From: Marsupella aquatica | Taxonomy: Eukaryota > Plantae > Marchantiophyta | NCBI GenBank assembly: GCA_973895155.1 | Contig: OZ316898.1 | Coordinates: 374,751-438,750 of the forward strand | Direction: 5' to 3' | Length of the DNA: 64,000 nt | Part shown: one piece after another, positions 38,037 through 50,284 of the stretch | How positions within the stretch are numbered: the stretch's first letter is position 1 | Layout of the letters: each line of letters starts with the position of its first letter | The notes under the pieces: model-generated | Told to the model about the DNA's origin: nothing | The model's database searches: none | What the model saw: the letters and a program-made list of their open reading frames with translations, nothing else | Translations under genes and position numbers: made by a program

Positions 38037-41000
38037 CATGTAGCGATAGGTGAGAGCAGCGATTACGACGATGAAAGATGGTCGAAGCTGAAGCAAAACC
38101 CCTAAAGATGCAGCTTGGCCATACTCTCCTTCCTCACCTCATAGCGCTAGGCATTCAACCTCCCTCTTCAATGAACCTCACAGCAGCTTGAAGGTCGATA
38201 GATTTTACCTCGTCTCCTGAGCAGAAACGTCTGCATTAGCTGAACAGAGCCCGGAATAGAGCTATCGCATTTAGCCTCCCGACTCCAAAATCAAACGCAA
38301 CACAACCTCCAACTCCCAATGGCAGCTCAGCAGGTTGATCAGCTTGGTCAATGCAGGTCAGTCGACCTCAATAGCCACACTAGAAGCTCACCGCAAGTCA
38401 CTCAAAGGTTAGACTAGAAGCTCCGCCGCCTTCACACCGTAGCAAAAAACAATGAGACCAATATCGAGCAAGGCGACCCTGTTTGAATATTTGGCGACCA
38501 TCAGGCTCCACCCCTCCTTTCTCGCTACCGTTCCCCCATGTGATGGTTAAGCTTCTCAGGACACAATCAATCGCACAAATGTAGCTTAAAGCAGGACCTC
38601 ACTAAGCAGACTATCGGTTAGGACCTTATAGACATAGAGATAGATAGGTCAATGCAACCTTACTTGGGCCGATGCAGCATGTCTCTTGACAATGTGAAGC
38701 AGCGCAGCATTCCTCCACCTAGCTCGCAGTGATCCTCCGCCTTGCTTGCAGTAACCAGCCTCCGCCTAGCTAGTTTGCACTGTCACGGCTGCAACTTTTT
38801 GTGCAATGACTTGGCCCTCCTACCAACTATGAGCTCCCAAAAGTATGTTGAGCAGATGTACACTCAGGCACCACCTCGTAGAGCTCAACTCCAAGTCAGC
38901 AGCTCTCACTTGAAACTCAATAGCAGCTTAGCTCACCAGCAGGTTGAAAAGCGACAATGGACTCCCCTCAAAACTGATTGGCAGACCTCCACACTGACGC
39001 TCGTAGCAGGCCCAATCCTAAACACATTTGCACCCTAAAGTCCAGTCGCGCTCAAACACTTTCAAACGACCCTACAGGAAGTTCGCGAAGAGTGCAGCTG
39101 GAATGAAGGTCGTCGACTCCCAATTTCCCTCGCAAAACCAACCTCTGCGGCACACTGACCCTGAACACTTAGGGCAAGTAGTACCCCCAAAATCTCTCGC
39201 AAAACCAACCTCCAAGGTACACTGACCCTGAGGGAAAGTAGTACCCCTCACATGTGGGCAGCCATCGAGTGACTTAGCAAACAGGTTGGTTTGGACATAA
39301 AAGAACCAATGCAAATGACTTAGCAAAAAGTTCAATGTGGGGAGAGTGCACTTTGGTCAAGAACAAGGCCACATATAGTCAGGTATGAATCCACATTATA
39401 AGTGAAAGTACCCACCATTCTGATGAAAACCCCCATATTTATACCCATTATATTTGGACTTATTGAACCATGAGTGTGCAATATGTAGTTGCACCGGGAG
39501 TTGCATATTAGGGATTGGCATCCGAAATTGGCTAATGGGGTATGCATGTTGACGGAATTTTTAAAAATGATGTCCAATTCATATTGCACTATTGTGGAGT
39601 AACTAACATAACCTATTTCTTACTTACCAGTGTTACAATAGCGACATTGGATAAAGTTGTAAGCATGACTTCCCACAACCTCACCAAAACTTAGTTGGTA
39701 TGATGTAACTAACATGACACCCACAAACTTGGAGTCGCATATTTATGAAGGCCTCGCACAAGTCACATAGGGGAGGGTCTCAAAATGGGTGGTTTTCTTC
39801 TAGTGCCCCTTGGGCAATGGCACGGCTTGGCCTACTTTTCAACGGGCCTTTTTCCTACCTCTTGCATCCCCAAACCCCATTGGAACCGCATCCAAGATTA
39901 CTTGGCTCCTTACTCGCCAACGCCATGCCCCCTTGGGCTCCCGCTTGGGCTGGTGGTGTGATTTGTGTAACTTTTTTAACATATGGGTGTTTGAGAGGAG
40001 GTGGTCCCCTCATACATACTTATGGGGACCTGCCACCCCTGGACCACATTTGGTCCCGATATTTTGGCCCCCAACCCTTGCATTTTTTACTTCTAAATTG
40101 GGTGGCAAGTGATCATGGCAAGGTCAAGGGCTTAGCATGGAGTTGAAATCATTCATAGGAAGGAGTTCACTTAGGGCCAAGGATGGCTCAGTTTTATGAG
40201 GTTTGTTTGACAACAAGGGAGCATTTGGACCTGAAACCCATAGGTGGTTGCTCCCAACTCCGGTCGCGAGGGCAAACTTCAGTCCAAGAGGGGCAAGGCC
40301 AAGTCATCATCATCGGTTGGAGCAGGCCGGGGTTGGCGTTGGCCCTTGCTTGGAGTTGGCCATCTCTAGTCTAGGCTCGATGAGGACGTTGTCACTCATC
40401 GGCCAAGGGTGGGTCGTTGCACATACAAATTCTTCTGTCTGCTCCCCTTCAAAATCATTGTCTCTCCCGACCTGACTTGAAGTTCACCATCGCTCCATTG
40501 ATGACCATTTGAATCCAACACACCGAGTGAAATCAAATTCTTACGCATGCCAGGTACATACCTGACTCCAGACACTATGCGCACCACTACTACATATTGG
40601 CCCCTTTTGCGAAGCTTTTTTTTAAGCCGGGATGGTCTTGCGATGTCATCGACTTCAGATATTTTGTGATCAAACACGCATCACAATAAAGCATGCTCAA
40701 AGGTTTGCAACATAGTGTTGCGAAGCTAAATACCTCGCAATTTGTTTGAGATCGGATTGAATTCGCAACTCTTTTAGATACTATTCGTCTCGCAAAGTAT
40801 TTGTGGATCCGCGACCATCGCGACTGCATTTGGATCTCTTTTGTTTCATAATTTAGCGATAATAATGTACTCAAATATATCTTGTGAACCTATTAGCTTT
40901 GCACAATATTGTGAAGTATAAATAGTCGCAAGTTACCGAAGCCAATTGATTCGCAAAGTTGAGAACCCATTGGCATCACAATTATCGATGGTGTGTTATT

Positions 41001-41338
41001 CACAAAGTGTTCAGAAGTTGCTTCTTGACAAGCTTGAAAATGTTTTGCAAAGAGAGTTGTTTGAAAAGTTTATAGAATGGAAATGTTTGAGAGAGTTTCT
41101 TTACAAGATGGAGAATGCATGTGTTTAGGTTACAGCTAGGGTTTTCAAAAAGGTGGCATGCATGAGGATAACTTTGGAAACGGCTAGGGTTGTATATATA
41201 ACAGTGAGATGAAATTTCAAAGTCCAATTAAGTGTTTGTAAAACAAAAGAAGAAAATTAATATGTTAATATAAATAAAACCATGATAGTTAGTTTAGGGT
41301 CAAATTCTGGGCCCACAACAAGTTTTACTACTAGTGCA

Positions 41339-44300
41339 TCAAACCTGGTCCTCATCCTCTCCTCCATTTGACACAATAATAATGTCAGGTTTTTCCGAGA
41401 TAATGAAACGGGACCGTGGCACATACGGTATAACAACTGACCACTCTGGGTCTAGTGGGTACAGAATATAGAAACACTGCTCAAGGTGACTTGGGAATGT
41501 AAATGGTTCAGATGTTTGCCAATGAGATGGTTGAAAGCTAGTTGCTGATGTCTTCAGTCGAGTAAACCCACACTCATCAAGAAGTACCGTGTGATTATCA
41601 CCAACCAGGTGAATTTTGAACCACTTACACTTGAAGACATACTCTTCAAATTTGGAATCGGCATCATAGGATATGATCAAGATCTCCTCAATCTTCCCAT
41701 AGTGAGGCACCACATCTCTGATCACATTAGTGTCATGACGGCTACTTTGTGAATCTTGCATGAACTGCCCTTGAACTCCACAATCAAAAGTTCTTCCCCT
41801 CTTCTCATCAAGGTCAGAAATCCTGAAATGCCTCCCTTGTGTCCACATTGTTGTTCTGGTCTGAACAAGTCTTAAAGGACCATGAACAATTGTTCGAACC
41901 TCAGGAGTCATATCTGGAAAATGTGATACATTCTCACCTTGGGCCACCATAGCATCCAACTGAAGTACTTTCTCCTTCATATACTCAAGGAACTTTGGAA
42001 AGATCCTTGGGCGACGACTCTCCCTCTTTGCATCCTCATAAAACTCTCTCCAATCTTCCATCACATTGCTGTTACTCAACATGAAAGTACTAACCTGTGT
42101 CAACTCCACTGCGGTTAGTAAGCGTGTTTTTTTTGCACATGTTAAACGGTCCTCCTCCACTTCCCTCTCTTCCATCCAAGTGCGTGGACAACTAGGATCA
42201 ATGGTAGCTAAGATGTTACTACAATAAAACATACTCTCAGCTGCCAAGTATCCAGTTGCCATGCTCCCCTCCACTCGTGCACGGTTCCGTACACAAGCCT
42301 TTAACACGGCCATATACCTTTTCAGCCAATACATCCACCTACAATGCACCAGACCGGCAATGGCAACCTCCCTCACAAGATGAACGAGAAGATGCACCTG
42401 ACAATCAAAGAAGGAAAGAGGGAGGGCCTTCTCCAACTTGCATACCACCTCTGCTGCCAATACCTCCATCCATGGTATCTCTTCTTCATATATTTCCTTT
42501 GAGCATATCCATCTCAACAAAGTGCCCAGTGACCAAAGGGCGTCTTGCACTTCTTCACTCCCCAAACCTATGATTGCCACAGGAAGTATATGTTGTAGTA
42601 AACGATGATAGTCATGTGTCTTGAGATACATTGGCCATTTATGACTGTCCTCCATCCCAAAAGCCTTACGTAGATTGGCACCATAGCCTGTAGGAAACCG
42701 CATCTGCCCTATGCGTTGTCGAAACTCTCTTCTTTCACCAACACTCAAAACCCATGGAGCTGAAGGACGATGTTCCATCCCTGTGGATTCATCAACTGTT
42801 ATCCATACATCTGGATGTCGTTCTAGATCCTGGCATGCCTCCCTAAAATTAATGTTCTTTTCCCCATAAAAGTGCTTGATCAAAGCCTTCCCAACATTTC
42901 CCTCTATATGCATGGGGTCTAACAAGTGATGAATCTTCAACTCAGGCCAATAGGGCAAAGTGGCCACTATACTCCACCTTGTCAATCCACTACCATCAAA
43001 TCCCATGGCATCTTCAGGGTCTGCCACGCTATCAACTATGGATTTCCAATACAAAAATGTTGTGCGGTCAGGTATCTCACGCTCATCACCATTGATCATG
43101 TCAAAGTCTAAAAATAAGAGGGGGTTAGACCTCATGTGATGCCCAAGTGGAAGAAACTTGGTATGACCAAGGTAGATTATCTTGTGCAGCCATTTTGAGT
43201 ACTTGGCCATATCGTGAAGGCTTGGACCACAAGTGGAGCATGCCTTGTACCCTTGAGTTTGGAACCCAGAAACAAACCCAAACCCTGCTCACAAAATAAC
43301 ATTCTTAATTAGAGTCAAAGGAATTGAAAAGTTCATGTATGTAGAATTAAAGAGGGACTTCCTTCCAAACAAACTTGATCTCCAATACATGAAAAAAATA
43401 CAAATCCATACCACTCACCTGGATAGTCATGCATGGTCCACATAATGATTCCCTTCAATTGGAAGACACGTGGTAACCCTCCTGTAGTTGTCCGACCATC
43501 ATATGCCCATACACCCCCCCATAATTTATGGAGTTCCCCAACCAAGAGCGCCAAGTAGGTGTCCATGTTTTTTACCTTAGATGGACCTGGGATAATCAAT
43601 GATAGCAATAAGAATCCCTTTTTCATGGACAACCATGGGGGAAGGTTGTAATTCATAACAACCACCGGCCAAACCGAAGTAGGGCGCCCTTTCCCTCCAA
43701 GGGAGTGTGGGCTCACCCCATCTGATGCCAACCCCAACCTCACATGACGAGGGTCACGTGCAAACTCTGGCCATTATGACTCCACATGCTTGTGATCAGG
43801 GGAATCAACTGGCAACCGCATGACGCCGGCCTCTGATCAATGTGTCTTATGCCATACCATCAATTCTGCCAAGTCAGAACATCGGTACATGTGCAACAAT
43901 CGAGGAATAATAGGAAACCAACGAACAACTTTTCTAGGCACCTTTGAGGTCAACATGTTGGTTTCATATCGAGGCTCTTGACAAATTGGACACTCAGTTG
44001 CGCTGGCATTGATCTCATGATAGAGAATGCAGTCATTCACACAAGCATGAATGATATGGTATTCCATGCCAATGGATGATAGAACCCTCTTTGCCTTCTT
44101 CCAAGTTCCTGGCAACACATTTTCACTGGGTAACAAGAGATCATGGCAAATTTGCAAACAAATCCGATAGTAGCGCATTGCTTGCCTTGTGTTTTGCTTG
44201 AAGATTCATCAATGCCAAGATGGCAGATAGTCTATTCAAACGAGCACCCCCATAAATAGGTGTTCTAGCATGTGCCTCAGCTTCTTCCCATTGTTTTTGT

Positions 44301-44605
44301 CCTTCAGGTGTACGTTAAGCCCTTGGATCATGTGCAACATTTGGTGGAGGATCTCCTTCATTGGGTGGGACACCTCCTTCACCACCAATGTCTACACCAA
44401 ACCAATCTATCATGAAGTCATCCATGGCTGACTCTTGGTCTTGCATGACCTCATAATCTGTCTGAGGTGCCCCTTCATCTGGACTGTCATTATCATTGTC
44501 ACTTGATGAGGAATCTGCTGATGATGTTTCCCCGTCTTGTGGCAAGCCCATTTCTTGATATGTAGCTCTCAACCTCCTTGGCAACATATCTTGACTAGGC
44601 CGCAC
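41339..44605 (-). pseudogene. CACTA-2 TnpD transposase, degraded in its 5' half
   Basis: Motifs IIHACVNDCILY, RLGLASDGVSP, YNLPPW, WTMHDYPG, LDPMHIEGN, KTHDYH, FFDCQVHLLVH, RWMYWLKRYM and EPFTFPSH. Confidence 0.93.
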
Positions 44606-44759
44606 ATTCTATAGACAATACAATAAAGCATTCACAATGAAATTAACTCCAAATATAGTAGTGCTCGAAACATATTATTAACAATATAAAAAGAACATGT
44701 CATTACAAAACATACGTTCACATACGATGAACGTATAATACATGTCCCTAAAGTAATCC

Positions 44760-45475
44760 TAATCCCATTCTAATGTGTAAACAACTTCTCTCCAGCCAGA
44801 ATGGTCCTATTAGCTACAACCAGACAATGGTCATGATGATATCTCTGCCCATAAGGGGGCTGGAGGGGGACCATCAACAAAAACCCATTCACAGTTTTTC
44901 CTACGCTTAGGCCGGGTCCCCACAGTACTGTTGATGAAACCGGCAATATTCCCACTACGGATGGGATCACCATCAATTATACGCTGGTCACAATACTTTA
45001 TGGTGCAACCATCAAAAGTATCCATGTCCAATGCATAAGTCTTCCACTCAGGGTGTTGAACAAGGATCATGTTCCAATGTCTCCTCTTGTAAATGGGTCC
45101 ACCATACGGGAACAATGTTGGTCCATCCGAAGAGCGCCCTTTTCCACCCATATCATCCACAATAATGTCCTGACAAGAGAAAATCCCATACCCATGCCTC
45201 TCCCCTAGGGTCGAACTCTTGACAACCCAACGTCTTCCCTAAACTTCTATCTCCTCACCATAGGTTATATCACATGGCAAACCAAGACACTCCGGATTCC
45301 AATCCTTTATGATAGGAACACACCTCCCTGTGAACGTACAAGGGCCCCATCTACCATCAACCCTACAAGTGTACTGATCCACTTCCCCTCTAGGCTGTCT
45401 TTTTGACTTTTTTTTCCCTCTTGTAACAATACCGTCACCCTGAATTGTCCCAACACTACCTTGCCCTGCTGCCAC
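44760..45475 (-). pseudogene. SET-domain (lysine methyltransferase-like) gene inside CACTA-2
   Basis: Reading through the TAG at 45239-45241 gives VVKSSTLGERHGYGIFSCQDI..LFPYGG..YAL..IDGDPIRSGNIAGFINS..NCEW; after a frameshift at ~44857, LVVANRTILAGEKLFTH. Confidence 0.78.
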
Positions 45476-46339
45476 TAAACAAAAAGTTTGTGAAAGTGCC
45501 GAGCCTATAGCATCTAGAACTCCTTGTGAGGGAACATAGGGTGTTGGTGTAGTGGGTGTAGGCCTACTGGATACCTATAGGAAGAAATGGAACCAAGTGA
45601 GTGTGATGAACCTCCCAATTTTTATTTTATGCTACCTAGCAAGATTTACAAAATAAAATGGAAGTCACAGTAAGTTTACAACTCACCATACGGGATGAAG
45701 AAGCTCCCGGTGTAAGACCTCGATGTTGGCCATATCGAGCAATGTGCTCCGCACATACATATGACTTTTGGACAACCATCCCCACACATTTTTTTCAACC
45801 ACAAAGTTGGCGTGGTGGACCACTAGGTCGACGTACGGTTGGTTCAGGCTGAGGAGGAGGACGACTTTCTTCATCGGAAGAGGAATCTGATGTGGTGGAA
45901 GTTGTAGAGGATGAAGACAAGTATAGCAATTGGAAGGCGATTAGTAAAAACTTCACCAAAACCATCATTGATAATCCCTACCTAAACATATTAAAAAGAA
46001 TTGACAGAAAAATACCTTTATGAGACCCGGGCTTAGCAATGCCTTGACGGATCTTGTGGCTCAAATTTCATGAACCAAATCTGGAAGAAGGAGGGGAAAA
46101 TCTGCCAATATACAATGAATTAAGCCATGCCTTATGGTGAACCAGAAAAAAAGGATGATAGATTGTAACCCTCCATATTTACAGCAATGACTAGAAACGC
46201 ATGAGAAAACGTTATACCTTTCAGTTGCCCGGGCTCTCGCAAGGCATTATCATGCATTAGCCAAAACTTTAAAAAATATGGGGAAGTGCCCTACAACGCC
46301 AAAGAGTTTTCCACTCCATGTTAATGAGATAGAGAAAGA

Positions 46340-47230
46340 AATATAAGTAACCCAAACCCTACCCTAAACCCAAACCATGAAATGAACCCTTCATTAAAAC
46401 TTAACCCAAATCCCTCAATCACCCTACACCCTTACCCTCACCCTAACCAATACCCAAATCCCTCATTAAAAATTCAAACCTTTACCCAAACCCCTACCCT
46501 AAACCCAAACCATGAAATGAAACCCTTCATTAAAACCTAACCCAAATCCCTCATTAAAAATTCAAACCTTTACCCTAAACCCAAACCCCTACCCTGAACC
46601 CAAACCATGAAATGAAACCCTTCATTAAAACCTAACCCAAATCCCTCAAGCACCCTAAACCCTTACCCTTATCCTAACCAATACCCAAATCCCTCATTAA
46701 AAATTCAAACCTTTACCCTAAACCCAACCCAAATCCCCCAATTACATATAAAACCCTTACCCTATCTACACCTTACTTTACCTATATAGGCCAACCCCCA
46801 CCCCTATAGTTATTCTAAACTTCACCCTAAAATTGTACCCCCTCAATTAGAACCAAATCCAACCCTATATCATGTTACACCCCAACCCAAATACTTACAT
46901 TAGAAACCCAACCCCTTTAAAAAAACCACAATTAAACCCCCCAACTAAAAACCAAACCCAATCCCTTTAAAAAACAACCACAATTCAACCCCTCAACTAA
47001 AACCAAACCCAACCCCTGTAATTACTCACAACCTAATGCAAACCTCTACCTTGAACCCTAAGCCAAACCCATTAATTTAAACCCAACCCTTTTATTCCAA
47101 CCTAACCCAAGTTTTAACCTCCTTAATTAAACCAAATACTCCTAGATTAAAACCAAATATAAACCTAACCTTTAATTAAACCCAAACCTTTGTTAACTTA
47201 TATTCTAGTTATCCTTACAACCCAAACATC
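46340..47230. repeat. C/A-rich degenerate tandem repeat block (AACCC and CCCTAAACCC rich)
   Basis: Recurrent units such as CCCTAAACCCAAACCATGAAATGAAACCCTTCATTAAAAC (3 copies); G almost absent on the + strand. Confidence 0.8.
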
Positions 47231-47570
47231 CATTGACACCCCTTCCATGTTAACTTATGGGCACTTAACATACCTTAAATGTCGTTTGACAAACCTTAAT
47301 AGCCGTTTGACACCCCAAAGTGTTTTCCAACCCTAAACCGATAAGACCTGCCTCGCAAATTATTTCACAAGTTAGAGAATCTTTTTGCGAACCTACAGCC
47401 TTCGCACTTACTTCGCAAAAACAGAGGCCGAGAATGATTTTTTGGGTCTTCTGCGGGTTGCGATGGCCTTGCGAAGGGGGGTAGCGAGGATCATCAGTTA
47501 TCAGTTTGGTCGCCTTGAAATTTCTGAATCTCAACTGAGCAACTGAGATAGGGCCTTCGCACTTTCGCGC

Positions 47571-47893
47571 ATCTCAGCTGACCTCGCCGAGATCGGCATA
47601 AGGACCAAAAAAATGAAGAAAAAAAATCCAAAAAATCCAAAAAATCCAAAAAATCCAAAAAATCCAAAAATTCTCCAAAAAAAAAAAATCTTAAAAAAAA
47701 TTCCGACAAAATTTGGTGTCCGTACCGTACGAACATCAGACTATCTCGGCGGGTCTCGCCGAGATGCGGTGTCCGTACGGTACGGTACGGACACCCCTAG
47801 TGAAAAAATTATTTTTGGGGAATTTTTGGAAAAAAAATTAATTTTTTTTCATTTTTTTGGCCTTACGCCAATCTCGGCGAGGTCAGCTGAGAT
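47571..47893. repeat. ~320-bp nested imperfect palindrome between the divergent CACTA-2 genes
   Basis: Arms ATCTCAGCTGACCTCGCCGAGAT..AAGG..AAAAAAATGAA, CCAAAAATTC.CCAAAAA and GGTGTCCGTACCGTAC each have an inverted partner; centre ATCTCGGCGGGTCTCGCCGAGAT; one arm carries (AAAAATCCA)x5. Confidence 0.88.
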
Positions 47894-48269
47894 TGAGTCA
47901 ATCTCAGCTGCCCCAGCTGAGATGCGCAAAAAAAAAAAAATTCGCATTTTTTTTGGGCGCCCCAACTTGGCGGCCTCTCTAAGATGACGTGGCGACTGAT
48001 ATCAGGTCGACTGATGGAAAACACTGATAACTAATGATGTAACTTTACTCTTGCGAAGGGAATAGATTCGGAAGTGCCTCGCAAGTTGCTAGACTATTTG
48101 CGAGGGCGCGGGCTTCGCAGTTTCCCATGCGTATGTCATCGCAAACCCATTTTTGAACGGCGTAAACATCGGCGGGAGCTTGCATTCGGGCTCATTTCAG
48201 TTTTTGAGCAAGACGAGAAGGGCCGGGGCGCGCGCGACAGTACGAGGGAGACTGTGACAGAGGGGAGCT

Positions 48270-50284
48270 ATGGCTACCGGTGAGGGGAGTGGAGGGCAAG
48301 GTGGTAGTGGTAGTGGTAGTGGCAATGGGGGAAATCCAGAGAAAGAGAAGAATGCCTGGGCAGACTTAGTGGCCCAACATCTCAGTGCTGCACAATTGGG
48401 AGAAGTGAATCTCAATTCTCCAGCAGGGCTTGCCTCTTTGAGTGCCATTCTTGGACAGGTTTTGCAAACTGGGATTGTAGCAGGACAAGCTACTAGAGAG
48501 GGGGAGGAGAGGGCCGTAGCTGAAGAGAAGGCTAGAGAGAAAAAAAGGAAGAGAGAGGAAAGAACTAAGTCGGGAGTTGCCTCTCCTCAAGCCCTAGAGA
48601 AGCAGAAGAGAAGAGAGGAGAGAGATTCAATTCAAAAACAGAGGGAGGAGCAACGTCAGAAAGAGGAAGCAAGAAAAAAACTTCCATTCATTGCCTTGGA
48701 GACGAGTGGGACTCCAACTGAGCTAGCGTATGCAGGGGCTAAGAGCACAATCAAACAGATTATCACAAGCAATTTCTCACGAGGCATGCAGTGGGGGAAG
48801 ATTGAGAAGGCAGAGCGAAAGAGGGTCATCAACCAAATCAAGGATGCATTTCGCAATGGGCCTGACATAGATGAGCAATGGTTGGCAGATAAGATTTCAA
48901 AATCTATGTCTCAAATGCGATACCATGACAGGATGAAGATTAGAGCCCACCTGAAAGACTTGAGATCATACAGGAACTTGCGCAGACCCCTCCACTTCAC
49001 CAAGGACATCTGGAATTCATTTTACAAGATTGAGGTGCAAATTAAGGCAGCTCATGAGTTGGAAGAGTGGAAGGGCAATCTACATCGAGCCTTGAAATCA
49101 AAGGAGGCCGGGAAGCTCCCCCCTGACCATGACCTGAAGCCACTTGAGCAGAAGGTAGCTGAGATGCAGAAGGTGGCCGACCAGGAGGGAAAGCCACCCA
49201 AGCGTTTCACAGATGCAGCCAAACGAGTGAAATCCACCCCCAATCTAGTCCACAAGTTGGGTCAAGGCGGGCTCCCCGGCCTCAAGTCACACTTTGTGAG
49301 TGCCTCTTGCTCCTCCCTAACCTCTCTATTCCTTTCAGAGTTGTGCAATGCAAGTGAATGACATCCCCGAATGTTCTTGCTGTTGTGCATGCTTGCTTGG
49401 TTACTAGTTTAGGGCAACTCTGACACTTAGAATTTTTGGCAAATTTTTAAAAACTCTCGGGAACACAGTTTGCAAAGGTGTTGCGATGCGCATTTGTTCG
49501 CAAACCCCTCGCAAAGTCTATCATGGACTTTTTCCATTTCATTTTTCCGATGCCTTTGCGAACAAATGCGCATTGCAAACTCCATCGCAACGCCTTCGCA
49601 AAAAATGTGGTTCGCAAGTTGCCATGCTTATAGGTTCGCAAATTTGAATTTTTAAAATTTTTTTGGGTCATGTTTTGTAGTTGAGGATTTAGGCGTCACT
49701 TGTGGCTATAGGGTATGCTTAAGGAAAAAATTAACCAATTTTAATTGGTTTTATGCATGGCAGTATTGGAGGTACAAAAGGAAGATATCAAAAAAGCATA
49801 TTGAGGTGGCGATAGAGCACGGACGAAAGTACCTCTTTGCGATGGTAGATGCCGAGTTGGCTACTGTAAGTGTCTAAGTGTGAACCATATGATTAGCATG
49901 CGAACATTGTGAGTGACCCTTTATGTCTTGCGGAAACTAATGATATGTAATGGATGCAGGATTCGGATGAGCCTGAGGGGTTGGGTGCTGATGTGAGCAG
50001 TAGTGATGACGATGAGGGGGCTACTCCTGGTACTAGTTGTGCTCGGGGGGAGTAGTTGTGAGGTAGGTTCTTCCCACCGTGGTAGTGGTGGTAGTCATGT
50101 GTCATCAACACACGTTGATGACCAGGGGGAGGAGGAGGACCCTGAGGATGAGGAGGAGGAGCAGGAGGGGCAGGAGGAGCCAGAGGAGCAGCAGGAGCAG
50201 GAGCGCCGACGGCCATCACGCACCCGTCACCAACAGGATCCCCGGAAGGATAAGGGCAAGAAGCCAGCCAAGAAGCCAACCTAG
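48270..50284 (+). CDS. TnpA-like/ORF2 gene of CACTA-2 (3 exons; probable frameshift in the last exon)
   Basis: Exons 48270-49295, 49764-49865 and 49960-50284 have phase-0 GT-AG junctions; charged coiled coil, HKLGQGG motif and acidic tail. Confidence 0.6.

Larger units (their letters stand above)
12141..39805 (-). mobile_element. CACTA (En/Spm) transposon 1, ~27.7 kb including a nested gypsy element
   Basis: Left end CACTAGAAGAA..TGAGACC..TATGTGACT; the right end read in reverse complement gives the same three blocks; CCC TSD at 12138-12140 and 39806-39808; TGTGACT subterminal repeats at 12177-12490; TnpD and TnpA genes inside. Confidence 0.85.

Noticed and set aside
36100-39600. Short ORFs in the 5' part of CACTA-1
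   Set aside because: No domain recognisable by eye; may be degraded captured fragments but cannot be supported
46340-47230. Interstitial telomere array
   Set aside because: Only scattered CCCTAAA units, no (CCCTAAA)n run
47494-47987. ORFs with (FLD)n and (KNP)n repeats
   Set aside because: Translations of the 9-bp microsatellite and the palindrome
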